A stretch of DNA of 64,000 bases from a virus (Duplodnaviria; Heunggongvirae; Uroviricota; Caudoviricetes): IMG/VR virus record IMGVR_UViG_3300042892_001069, one strand, 5' to 3'. Below the pieces are notes generated by a model. The model had not been told where the DNA came from. It saw nothing but the letters and a program-made list of their open reading frames with translations, and searched no databases. This document shows positions 44,942 through 54,251 of the stretch, in pieces (the stretch's first letter is position 1; the number at the start of each line of letters is the position of its first letter). A program made the position numbers and the translations under genes.

Positions 44942-45208
44942 CTAATTAGTGTCACTGGGTGTGCCTTTGTCTTGATTCTGGTTTGCCTTGCGTTTTGCCT
45001 TGATTTGTTTCATGTCTTCATTTTTCCACTCTCGCCATTCTTGTACTTTTACACGACGAGCAGAGCAGATGCGCCTAATTTCACTTAACCACCAGCGAAC
45101 ATCCATACCCGCTCGCTTGGTGTCTTCGTTGAGCCATTTTTGATTTGCCTTAAAATACTCGCGAAAAGCTGCCATGAGTTCATCATGTAGCTGTTCGTCT
45201 TTGTTCAT
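44942..45208 (-). CDS. Small basic helical protein, histone H1-like (Hc1-type) candidate
   Basis: F..Y..AN.K.....K.AG...R..L.E.......RR..Q pattern. Confidence 0.45.
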   Translation of the reverse strand: MNKDEQLHDELMAAFREYFKANQKWLNEDTKRAGMDVRWWLSEIRRICSARRVKVQEWREWKNEDMKQIKAKRKANQNQDKGTPSDTN

Positions 45209-46986
45209 TACTCAGTAACCTCTAAATCATTAGCGTAACTGGTAAATCCGTTTTCTTTGATAACACGCAGTACGTTGTTAACACGACCAATAAGTTCGTC
45301 TTTGTGACTGATCAGGAATACATTCTTTTTACGTTCACGGCTTGTTTTCTTTAGTATACTCAATGCGCCTTCTACACCACTTGCGTCTAAGCCGTTGTCA
45401 ATAAGTTCGTCAACAAACAATAAATTAATCTGCTGATACAAACTTTCCCACACATCACGGAACGCCAGTGATAACGACAGAATCAATCTAGTGCGCTCAC
45501 CTCTAGACAAGTTATCAAAGTCGAGATCTTGCCCAAGTTGTGTAATTTCAACGTTAAGATCGTTTAAGAAACTAACAGTATGCGGCAAGCCCATCTTGTC
45601 AAGATAGTAGGTTAGTCGGTTGTTTAAGTAGGCTAGATTTTGATCAATAATTTTCTTACGGATAAAGCTATCCTTACTGGTCAACAACTTGAGCAGGAAC
45701 TCTTGATGGTCCTTTAATGTACTAAGTTCATTGATACTATCCCAGTTGATTTCTTGAAGGGCAGTGTCAGTAAGCTCGTCAATTTGCTCTTGATAGGGAT
45801 CACTTTCGCCTGCCTTGATCTGTAGTTGTGTTTCTAAAGTTTTTAAGTTATTCTGATGTTTTAGTGCCTGCTCAACAGAGTCGTAATACGTATCCGGCCG
45901 CGGAGTTTGTTCACCAAGCGCAGTAATCTCTTTGTTAATTTTAGCTAGATCTTTTGTTACTTTGTCAAAGTATTTTTGTGCTTCATCTAAGTGCTTGGTA
46001 GCTTCAGAAGACATTTCTTCATGTTTATGATCATGAAGATCTTGTTCACAAGCGTGACACTTTTTGTCCTTTAACTTAGCAAGCTCACTAGCGTACTTTT
46101 TTACGCTTCGCTCCGCTTGCGCTGTTGCGCTGTCTAAAGTTGCCCGCTCCTTGTTCAGACTCTTGAGCTTGGCCGTGCGTTCTTCGTACACTTTTAGTTC
46201 AGCGTGTTTGGCAAGTTCTGCCTCAATATCTACACCTTCTAATTCGATAATTGCGCGACCAATTTTTTCTAATTCATTTTCGTGCTGAGTATTCCATGCG
46301 CTTTGTCTAGTAAATAATCCGTCAATGCTTACTTGAATTTTTTCATTACTTTTCTTTGCCGCTTCTAAGTCGGCATTCTTTTGATAGATATCATCTTTAG
46401 TAGACTTAATCATTTCTTTAAGTGTTTCTGCCTTTTCACTAAGCAACGTAACTCCTAACAATTGTTCGATAATAACCCGTTGATCGTTAGCCCGCATACT
46501 AAGAAACGGCTCTGTGTAGGTGTTTAATGCTACAATATGCTTGAACATATCATGCGACATTTCTAACAACTCGTCAAGATCTTTTTGCGTTTCACGCATA
46601 TCACCTTGTGCGTCATCTGACTCGTCAGTCTCCTGCTCTTGATCGTTTACATAGAACTTTAATACGTTAGGTTTCCGCCCACGCTCAATACGATAATTAG
46701 TTCCGTCTTTTTCAAACGCCAGTGTAACCAACATGCCTTTATTGTTAATCTTGTTAATAAGATTATCTTTTTTAATGTTAGTTAATGCGTTACCAAACAA
46801 ACTATAACTTAGTGCGTTGACAATAGTTGTTTTTCCAGTACCGTTTCGGCTACCACTATCGTCACCGCCTTGATCTAAATTTTCACCCAATACTAACGTT
46901 AGATTTTCCTGTGCGAAGTTTACAGCCTGGGTCTGATTACCCACACTCATGAAGTTACGTACTGTTAATTCTTTAATTTTTATCAT
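45208..46986 (-). CDS. gp46: Recombination ATPase, SbcC/Rad50-like
   Basis: Walker A NGTGKTT, CHAC zinc hook within a coiled coil, LSRGE signature, LLFVDE Walker B, ISH. Confidence 0.95.
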   Translation of the reverse strand: MIKIKELTVRNFMSVGNQTQAVNFAQENLTLVLGENLDQGGDDSGSRNGTGKTTIVNALSYSLFGNALTNIKKDNLINKINNKGMLVTLAFEKDGTNYRIERGRKPNVLKFYVNDQEQETDESDDAQGDMRETQKDLDELLEMSHDMFKHIVALNTYTEPFLSMRANDQRVIIEQLLGVTLLSEKAETLKEMIKSTKDDIYQKNADLEAAKKSNEKIQVSIDGLFTRQSAWNTQHENELEKIGRAIIELEGVDIEAELAKHAELKVYEERTAKLKSLNKERATLDSATAQAERSVKKYASELAKLKDKKCHACEQDLHDHKHEEMSSEATKHLDEAQKYFDKVTKDLAKINKEITALGEQTPRPDTYYDSVEQALKHQNNLKTLETQLQIKAGESDPYQEQIDELTDTALQEINWDSINELSTLKDHQEFLLKLLTSKDSFIRKKIIDQNLAYLNNRLTYYLDKMGLPHTVSFLNDLNVEITQLGQDLDFDNLSRGERTRLILSLSLAFRDVWESLYQQINLLFVDELIDNGLDASGVEGALSILKKTSRERKKNVFLISHKDELIGRVNNVLRVIKENGFTSYANDLEVTE

Positions 46987-47996
46987 AGATTGTTATAAAT
47001 TGCTAATAGCGTATTTTTATTAAATTGGTCAGAGTCAATGTTAATAATTTGACTGGACACAATTTGATCAACTGACTCGAATGCTTGAATATCGATATTA
47101 GTGTTAATTTCAATTTCTTTACGTTCGGCAATAAGGGTAAGCTCGCGAATATCATAATCCGCAATAAATTTTTCTTTAATAAAACTTGCTTCTTCGTAAG
47201 TAATATCAATATCTAAAGCAACCCGCAAATGTTGTTTAGGTCTAATGATAGTGCTAGCTTCGTCAATTAGTCTACTCAACGTCAGTGTGCGGAACGTAGG
47301 CTGACCCGGCCACGAATGAAATTCTGGAGATCCACCCCATTCAAGAATCATCATACCGCGATCGTCATCCCACGCATCTGAATAGTTGTGCGGAAATGCG
47401 TTACCAATGTAACACATATTTTCATTCATTTGTCTCTTATGGAAATGCCCACTAAACCCCATTTCAAAGCCTTTAAATGCTTCTGCTTGTAGCTCGCCGT
47501 GGTCTGGCATCTGTACCATAGCGTTCATAAAGAACTTGGGTAATTCAAAGTGCCCAAAGCAATATTTTCCTGATCGATTTTTAATAGTTCTCCACTCTTC
47601 ACCAACTAGCCATGGGCATAACGTAACATCTCCAATGGTAGTAACTTCGGGGATTACAGTAACACCTGGAATATATTTTCCAAACTCAACTGAATGAATG
47701 TCACGCTTATCTTTATAATAAAGGTCATGATTGCCAGGAAAAAAGTAAAAGTTATCAAATGCTTGCCCTAACTTTTCTAATGCCCTAAGACTATAATCCA
47801 TAGTGGTAATATTAAGACTATTACGGTTATGGTGCCAGTCCCCCATAAAGATTCCTGTGTCACATCCTTCTTCTTTTGCCTTGGCAATATACCAGTCTAC
47901 AAAATCTTCACAGTCTTGGTTGTGTGTATTACTATTTGACTTTAATCCAAAATGTATGTCTGTAAAACAGGCAATCTTTTTAAACATATTACTCAT
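46983..47996 (-). CDS. gp47: Recombination nuclease, SbcD/Mre11-like
   Basis: DIHFG, GDWHH, GNHD, GHFE, SGHFH metallophosphoesterase motifs. Start placed at MSNMFKK. Confidence 0.95.
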   Translation of the reverse strand: MSNMFKKIACFTDIHFGLKSNSNTHNQDCEDFVDWYIAKAKEEGCDTGIFMGDWHHNRNSLNITTMDYSLRALEKLGQAFDNFYFFPGNHDLYYKDKRDIHSVEFGKYIPGVTVIPEVTTIGDVTLCPWLVGEEWRTIKNRSGKYCFGHFELPKFFMNAMVQMPDHGELQAEAFKGFEMGFSGHFHKRQMNENMCYIGNAFPHNYSDAWDDDRGMMILEWGGSPEFHSWPGQPTFRTLTLSRLIDEASTIIRPKQHLRVALDIDITYEEASFIKEKFIADYDIRELTLIAERKEIEINTNIDIQAFESVDQIVSSQIINIDSDQFNKNTLLAIYNNL

Positions 47997-48822
47997 TGTT
48001 ACTGCTTTCCTCATTACGTTTTACTGCGGCAGCATGTTCACCGGCACCAGTACGTGAGTAGCTTGGATTCATACCATTCATCTCAAGAATATCATCACGT
48101 ATGTTTTGATTACGTTTTTCAATATTAATAACACGAACAAAACTATTAGTAACAGCCGCAGTAAAATAAGCAAATGGATTGTCTGATTTTGACTCATCAA
48201 ATTGTAAACCAATTTGTGTTAACTGTAGAATAGCCTGCCCCTTCATTTCGTCATTGTATGTATAGCCACGAACGTTGCCGCGAGTAGCATACCTCTCACA
48301 TAATTTTAACATCATTCGTGCTAAAGTTGGAGTAATTTGGCCTGCGTCTTTGTCAAACTTTCCCTTTTCAAGATCACCCTTCCAATGGCTTTTGCCCACA
48401 CAAACTATCTCATCTTCGTCATTAAATTTCCAATGCTGGAACGGAGGAAAGTTAACTTTATCTCTATGATCTGCTAGACTTTTAGGGTTTTTCTTACGGG
48501 TGTTATTAAGCGGAATATGATCAAACGTCATAATTCTAAAGACTAAATCGGTCTTTTGTATCTTCTTATAGTCTACCTCGCAATCAGCCTGTTTAACTTT
48601 TTGCCCATCTTTTTTCCTAGTAGCATAGTCTAAATCACCTATTCTTTTAGCCTGATTCCTTTTGGCTTCTGCTACTGTGCGTATGTTTATTTTGTCTACA
48701 CTTGGCAAAATAATGTCATATTGATGGTACTTTGGATCAGTAAAACTACAGTATGATGTCTTACTCCTGTGTATTTCTAACAACATATCTTTGTTGTTTA
48801 GATAGTTAACTTTAGCGGTCAT
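47989..48822 (-). CDS. gp55: Late-transcription sigma factor
   Basis: NYLNNKD, N.RGYTY.DEM, FD..KS.NPFAYFT...NSF.R.I..EK; T4-like 55-47-46 synteny. Confidence 0.9.
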   Translation of the reverse strand: MTAKVNYLNNKDMLLEIHRSKTSYCSFTDPKYHQYDIILPSVDKINIRTVAEAKRNQAKRIGDLDYATRKKDGQKVKQADCEVDYKKIQKTDLVFRIMTFDHIPLNNTRKKNPKSLADHRDKVNFPPFQHWKFNDEDEIVCVGKSHWKGDLEKGKFDKDAGQITPTLARMMLKLCERYATRGNVRGYTYNDEMKGQAILQLTQIGLQFDESKSDNPFAYFTAAVTNSFVRVINIEKRNQNIRDDILEMNGMNPSYSRTGAGEHAAAVKRNEESSNNE

Positions 48823-48843
48823 GGATCATTCCTATTTTAAGTT

Positions 48844-48872
48844 ATTATAAACTACGCGGTTAATAAAGTCAA
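48844..48872 (-). promoter_or_regulatory. Near-consensus sigma70 promoter for the gp55-47-46 operon
   Basis: TTGACT-17 nt-TATAAT on the minus strand (-35 at 48867-48872, -10 at 48844-48849). Confidence 0.85.
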
Positions 48873-48873
48873 A

Positions 48874-48879
48874 TAAATA
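48874..48879 (+). promoter_or_regulatory. Late promoter core TAAATA for the baseplate operon
   Basis: aaTAAATAc 19 nt upstream of the ATG at 48899. Confidence 0.7.
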
Positions 48880-48898
48880 CTTGCCAAAGGGATACATT

Positions 48899-49900
48899 AT
48901 GGCAATCAAAGGACAAAATTTACAATCGACTATAGCGGCTACTACAGCAACGTTTGGGGCGGTTACATCGGCGGTTGGCACGGCACAGCGACTTGGTTCG
49001 GCACTATCTAGTATAGGTAGCGCATCTGATGTTGGTAGCGCAATCCGCAGTATCAATCTTCCATCAGCGGGTGAAGCAGTAGGTGATATTATGGGTGCTA
49101 TCTCCATGTTTGGCGGCGGTGGCGATAATCCTAATGATTGGCGTGTTAAACTAAGCATACCAAACTGGGTCAGTTTTAAAAATAGTGCTGTACTTAAACC
49201 ATTGAAAGATGCTGGCGGATTTATATTCCCCTACACTCCAGAAATTGCAATCAGTAGCAGTGCAAAATATACTCCAATTAGTCCAACGCACAGTAATTAT
49301 CCCTTTCAAGCCTACTCAAATAGTGATCCTGGCACAATCACTGTAACTGGCGACTTCAACGTAGAAGACAGCACACAGGCATTGTATTGGATTGCCTGTG
49401 TTCACTACTTGCGATCGGCAACAAAAATGTTTTCAGGTTTTGATCCTAAAGCCGGAAATCCTCCGCCAATTGTAAAATTAAATGGGTACGGTGCGTATGT
49501 GTTTAAAAATGTGCCAGTAGTAATACAGTCTATGAAAATTAGTCTAGGTAAAGAATGCGATTATATTAGTTGTAATGTAGTAGGAAGCGCCGCCGGCGAA
49601 ATTGCCGGAATTGCTGACAGCATTGGAGGCCTTGCTGACGCAGTTGGCGGAGCCTTACCTGGGCTGAGTGGAATCACAAGTACGGTAAGTAGTATAGCAG
49701 GCGGAGTTGGCCAAGTAGCAAGTCTATTAGGTAGTTTTGGCCTTGGTGGCTCTACTAGTGGCGGCACCGCACACGTACCAACAAAAAGTACAATAACAGT
49801 TACATTAATACCTGCTTACAGTAGAGCAAGTGCTCGTAGTTTTAGTCTTGATAGGTTTGTACAAGGTGGATACATGAACAACTCAGTAGGATACGTATAA
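48899..49900 (+). CDS. Baseplate/tail-tube junction protein (gp48/gp54-like)
   Basis: IFPYTP.I...A.Y...HSNY...Y..S....ITV.G.F and PPP.V.L.GYG...F..VPVVI tube-fold motifs. Start moved to the ATG at 48899. Confidence 0.7.
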   Translation: MAIKGQNLQSTIAATTATFGAVTSAVGTAQRLGSALSSIGSASDVGSAIRSINLPSAGEAVGDIMGAISMFGGGGDNPNDWRVKLSIPNWVSFKNSAVLKPLKDAGGFIFPYTPEIAISSSAKYTPISPTHSNYPFQAYSNSDPGTITVTGDFNVEDSTQALYWIACVHYLRSATKMFSGFDPKAGNPPPIVKLNGYGAYVFKNVPVVIQSMKISLGKECDYISCNVVGSAAGEIAGIADSIGGLADAVGGALPGLSGITSTVSSIAGGVGQVASLLGSFGLGGSTSGGTAHVPTKSTITVTLIPAYSRASARSFSLDRFVQGGYMNNSVGYV

Positions 49901-49901
49901 T

Positions 49902-50204
49902 ATGTCAGCAGTCTATTCAAATGTTAGTCCGTGGGCAACTACACCAATAACAGAAAACTATCTAGATGTTTTATCAATTAGAGCAGTTAGCGCAGAGTCT
50001 GATGATTTTTTATATATTATAGAAGCGCAGTATACACATCGTCCAGATTTACTTGCATATGACTTGTATGGCGAGGCGGCATTATGGTGGGTTTTTATTC
50101 AACGAAATCTTAATGTGTTACAGGATCCTATATTTGATTTTGTACCTGGAACAAAAATTTATATTCCAAAGTCTAGTAGTTTAAAAGCGGTGTTAGGTCT
50201 ATAA
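49902..50204 (+). CDS. gp53: Baseplate wedge protein (gp53/LysM-like)
   Basis: Y..RPDLLAYDLYG...LWWVF...N....DPIFDF.PG..I.IP. Confidence 0.85.
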   Translation: MSAVYSNVSPWATTPITENYLDVLSIRAVSAESDDFLYIIEAQYTHRPDLLAYDLYGEAALWWVFIQRNLNVLQDPIFDFVPGTKIYIPKSSSLKAVLGL

Positions 50205-50205
50205 T

Positions 50206-52440
50206 ATGGGAATTCTTGACTCAGTAACTTCGGCCACAACTGCTGTTAGCGGAGTAGTTAACTCAATTACATCTGGACCAGCCTCTGCCTTATCAAGTGT
50301 TACTAATGCGATATCAGGAGCATTAGGATCTACCGGATCCTTTCTATCAAGTCTTGGTGGATCAAAGTTGCCCCTGCCAAATATTTTATCACAGTATACT
50401 ACTTACAATTATGTATTAAGTATTGGTGTGTTAACCACTGCCGATATTACTAATCCTGATGCTACTTACATGGCAGGAAAAAATATACCTTTAATTTGTA
50501 AATCGGCTAACGCAGACCCATCTAATAGGATTGCTACGGCCTACGGTAAATTTGATTTCTTTATTGATAATCTTCAATTGTATAGTCAAATGGGATTTCA
50601 AAAAAACGCAAATACTAATATTACAAAATTAAGTTTCACAATAACTGAACCGTTTAGTATGGGAATGTTTCCTATTTCTCTTCAAACAGCGGCATTTCAA
50701 TATGGATGGAAAAATTATAGAGATGCTCCGTTTTTATTAAAAATTGAATTTAGGGGTAATAAAGCAGACGGGTCAATGGCAATAGTACCAAGCTCTACTA
50801 GATATATTCCTTTTAAATTTATATCAATGAATATGCGTACTGATCATACGGGCACAAAGTATGATTGTAAAGTTATCCCTTACAACTTTACTGCTCTTAG
50901 TACAAGGCACTCAAACTTTAAAAGCGATGTATCATTTAAAGGAGCAACAGTTCAAGAAATGCTACAAACTGGAGAAAAGAGTTTACAAGTAGTTATTAAT
51001 CAACGTCTCCAGCAGATGAAGACTGACGGCTTATTAAAAGTTCCAGACGAAGTAGTTATATTATTTCCAACTAATACAGCGTCAGCTTCAACCGCAGCCG
51101 CGTCTTCTTCAAATACTGAATCAAAAGGGTCAGCAACTACTAGTTCGTCAAGTGGCGGTGGCGGTGGCGGAAAGGGAGAGTTACTTAAAAAATTGGGAAT
51201 AGCAGAAAGTAAAATTAATAAAACGCTAGTACAACCCGACGGCGAATGTAATGCGTTAGGCAAAGCTAGTATGGGATTCGGCCTTGACAAAAAAGGAGAT
51301 CCTTCATTTGGTAACGAAAGCACACAATGGGATCCTAAAAATAGAGTATGGGCTCGAGGAAATTCTACTAGTAATGTCAAAGAAGGAGAATTTAGATTTA
51401 GTCAGGATACTAATATTGTAAATGCTATTAATCAAGTACTAATTAGTAGCAATTTTCCAACAGAAACATTAGATGCTGGAAAACTTAGCCCAGAAGGAAT
51501 GCGTGACTGGTGGATAATTGATGTTCAAACTTATCCAATTGACACTGATGAAAATGACGACTCCACTGGTAAAAAACCTAATTTGTTTGTCTATAGAGTA
51601 ATGCCTTATAAAGTAAGTACTGCCTCTACAAATCCACCTAATACTGCTCCGCCTGGAATTAAAAATTTAAAAAAACAAGCAGTTAAAGAATACAATTATT
51701 TGTACACTGGAAAAAATACAGAAATTTTAAAATTTGATATTGAATTTAATATGAGTTTTTCAACTCTAATGGCGGCTGACGGATTAAAAAGATCTCAAGA
51801 CGTTCAACTAGGAGCAAACCAGGGTGCTGCCGAAGTTAAAAAAAATGTAATTGATCCGCAACCAGATGGATCAAAAGTTGCAGCAACAGCAGGTGTTACT
51901 CCCACAACAGTAAGTTATTCGTTGACATCAACATCAACTGACAGGCTAGGCGGCGGCGGAGCTGATACGCAAGCAACAAGAGCGGCCCGTGTGTTCCACG
52001 ACGCAATTACTAACGGTGTAGATATGATGAAATTGAATATGGATATCTGGGGAGATCCGTATTATATTGCGCAAAGCGGAATGGGTAACTACACTTCAAA
52101 GCCGTCAGCATTTCAAAATTTAAATCAAGACGGTACAGTAAATCATCAAAACGGAGAAGTCCACATTTCAGTTAAATTCAGAACTCCAACTGACATTAAT
52201 CAAGGAACTGGCTTATATAATTTTGCCGGGACAACTTCCGCTCCAGTAGTTCAATGGAGTGGACTGTATCGTGTAATTATGGTAGTCAGCAAATTCGAAG
52301 GCGGCCAGTTCAAACAAACACTAACAGGAAATCGAGTAAAACAACAAGAAAATCCAAAAGAGGGAACGGCTTCTACTACGTTTACTACAAGTAATTCAAA
52401 ACCAGACCCTAAAGATCCTTACGCAACAGGCGGAGCATAA
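50206..52440 (+). CDS. Baseplate hub protein (gp27-like)
   Basis: Lies between gp53 and gp5 homologues; I.GDPYYI and SGLYRV..V.S.F..GQF.Q.L motifs. Confidence 0.65.
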   Translation: MGILDSVTSATTAVSGVVNSITSGPASALSSVTNAISGALGSTGSFLSSLGGSKLPLPNILSQYTTYNYVLSIGVLTTADITNPDATYMAGKNIPLICKSANADPSNRIATAYGKFDFFIDNLQLYSQMGFQKNANTNITKLSFTITEPFSMGMFPISLQTAAFQYGWKNYRDAPFLLKIEFRGNKADGSMAIVPSSTRYIPFKFISMNMRTDHTGTKYDCKVIPYNFTALSTRHSNFKSDVSFKGATVQEMLQTGEKSLQVVINQRLQQMKTDGLLKVPDEVVILFPTNTASASTAAASSSNTESKGSATTSSSSGGGGGGKGELLKKLGIAESKINKTLVQPDGECNALGKASMGFGLDKKGDPSFGNESTQWDPKNRVWARGNSTSNVKEGEFRFSQDTNIVNAINQVLISSNFPTETLDAGKLSPEGMRDWWIIDVQTYPIDTDENDDSTGKKPNLFVYRVMPYKVSTASTNPPNTAPPGIKNLKKQAVKEYNYLYTGKNTEILKFDIEFNMSFSTLMAADGLKRSQDVQLGANQGAAEVKKNVIDPQPDGSKVAATAGVTPTTVSYSLTSTSTDRLGGGGADTQATRAARVFHDAITNGVDMMKLNMDIWGDPYYIAQSGMGNYTSKPSAFQNLNQDGTVNHQNGEVHISVKFRTPTDINQGTGLYNFAGTTSAPVVQWSGLYRVIMVVSKFEGGQFKQTLTGNRVKQQENPKEGTASTTFTTSNSKPDPKDPYATGGA

Positions 52441-52441
52441 C

Positions 52442-53761
52442 ATGTCAGTATCAGATGATCAGTCAACGGAAAAATCAGTCAACCCTGGCGATCAAGCGCC
52501 CCCGCGCCCCGGCCCGTTTTTAGCAAAAGTAGTTGGTAATCTTGACCAAGAGTACATGGGCGGATTAACAGTGCAATTAATGAAACCAGGCGGCAACGAT
52601 GCGGTTGACGGACAAACAATCCCAGTTAAAATGTTAACTCCGTTTTATGGTACTACTGGTGTAGGCAATGTAGGCGTTGACCCCAACGACTATAATAATA
52701 CTCAAAAAAGTTATGGTATGTGGTTTGTTCCGCCAGACGTAGGCACCATTGTTTTAGTATTTTTTATTGATGGTAATCCAAAATACGGCTACTGGATGGG
52801 GTGCGCTTTAGATGACGGTATGAATTTTATGCTACCCGGCATAGCCGCAACACAAGCAGTAGTTGAAGGCGGCGGCAGGCTTCCTGTGGCTGAATACAAC
52901 AAAAAGTTACACGAGCAAATGTGTGTTGACACTACTAAAGTTAAAAAACCAAAACATCCGTTTACTTCAATATTGGAAATTCAAGGATTATTAAAAGACG
53001 ATGTTCGAGGTATTACAACAAGTAGTGCCCGCAGAGATATTCCAAGTGCGGTGTTTGGTATATCAACACCAGGGCCCGTTGATAAAACTCCGGGATCAAA
53101 AACAGGCGATGTTGGGGTAAAAGATAATGTACAAAAAGGGGTGCCGGTTAGTAGACTGGGCGGAACTACTTTTGTAATGGATGACGGTGACGACAAGTTT
53201 TTACGTAAAACAAAAGCAAGTGAAGGCCCGCCGGTATATATGGCAGTTGAGCAAGGCGAAAAAGGTGGCGACGTAAAAATTCCACATAACGAGCTAGTAC
53301 GTATTCGTACTAGAACGGGCCATCAAATTTTACTCCATAACAGTGAAGATTTAATCTACATTGGCAATGCTCGAGGTACAACGTGGATTGAATTAACCAG
53401 CAACGGAAAAATTGATATCTACGCAGAAGATAGTATTAGCCTACATACTAAACAAGATTTCAATGTAACAGCAGATAGAGATATTAATCTTACTGCTAGA
53501 GGAGTTATCAACCTAAATGCAACAGCAAATACTAATATTACTGGAGCCCAAGTTCAATTAAATCCACCCGTTCCTGCTCGTAAGGCTGGTAGAGTACCAC
53601 AAGCTGAGCCGTGGGCCGGCCATGAAAATTTAGATCCAAAGGCAGCAACTCCTGATAAAACTAAAGGTGCTGCAACTGTAACTGCTCCGGCAGGCGGCGC
53701 CTATTATAACAAATATACAACAGCTACTGACACATTCAGTAAAATTAAAGGACCAGAATAA
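52442..53761 (+). CDS. gp5: Central spike protein (gp5/VgrG-like), no lysozyme domain seen
   Basis: OB-fold YGMWFVPPDVG..VLV.F.DG; RIRTRTGHQI and short beta-helix repeats. Confidence 0.8.
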   Translation: MSVSDDQSTEKSVNPGDQAPPRPGPFLAKVVGNLDQEYMGGLTVQLMKPGGNDAVDGQTIPVKMLTPFYGTTGVGNVGVDPNDYNNTQKSYGMWFVPPDVGTIVLVFFIDGNPKYGYWMGCALDDGMNFMLPGIAATQAVVEGGGRLPVAEYNKKLHEQMCVDTTKVKKPKHPFTSILEIQGLLKDDVRGITTSSARRDIPSAVFGISTPGPVDKTPGSKTGDVGVKDNVQKGVPVSRLGGTTFVMDDGDDKFLRKTKASEGPPVYMAVEQGEKGGDVKIPHNELVRIRTRTGHQILLHNSEDLIYIGNARGTTWIELTSNGKIDIYAEDSISLHTKQDFNVTADRDINLTARGVINLNATANTNITGAQVQLNPPVPARKAGRVPQAEPWAGHENLDPKAATPDKTKGAATVTAPAGGAYYNKYTTATDTFSKIKGPE

Positions 53762-54204
53762 TGAGTTCAAACGGAAATTTATATAGTAAAATATCATTAC
53801 CGGCCGCTAATAGAGCCGAAGATATACGTCCTAAAATGTATAAAGGGTTTAGCACCCTTAGTGCTGACACTGAGAATTATAGTCTATATGACTTATCTTT
53901 AATACAGCAAGACTTGTTAAATCATTTTAATGTTCGACAAGGTGAAAGATTAATGAATCCAACGTTTGGCACTATTATATGGGATTTATTATTTGAACCG
54001 CTAACAGAAGATCTAAAAGGTTTGATTCTAGAAAACGTAAATCAGATTATTAACTATGATCCTCGAGTTACAGCCGATAATGTAATTGTTACGGCGTATG
54101 AAAGTGGAATTCAAATTGAATGCTTTTTAACCTACCTACCTTACAATATCAGTCAGAGTCTACAACTGCGTTTTGACCAGGAAAATGGCCTGTTGGCAGC
54201 ATAA
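53761..54204 (+). CDS. gp25: Baseplate wedge/sheath initiator
   Basis: LI.QDLLNHF..RQGERLMNP.FG..IWDLLFEP, YDPRV. Confidence 0.9.
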   Translation: MSSNGNLYSKISLPAANRAEDIRPKMYKGFSTLSADTENYSLYDLSLIQQDLLNHFNVRQGERLMNPTFGTIIWDLLFEPLTEDLKGLILENVNQIINYDPRVTADNVIVTAYESGIQIECFLTYLPYNISQSLQLRFDQENGLLAA

Positions 54205-54227
54205 TATACGTAGATAATTTTATTCAA

Positions 54228-54233
54228 TAAATA
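54228..54233 (+). promoter_or_regulatory. Late promoter core TAAATA
   Basis: aaTAAATAc 18 nt upstream of the ATG at 54252. Confidence 0.65.
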
Positions 54234-54251
54234 CAAGATATAGGATAAATC

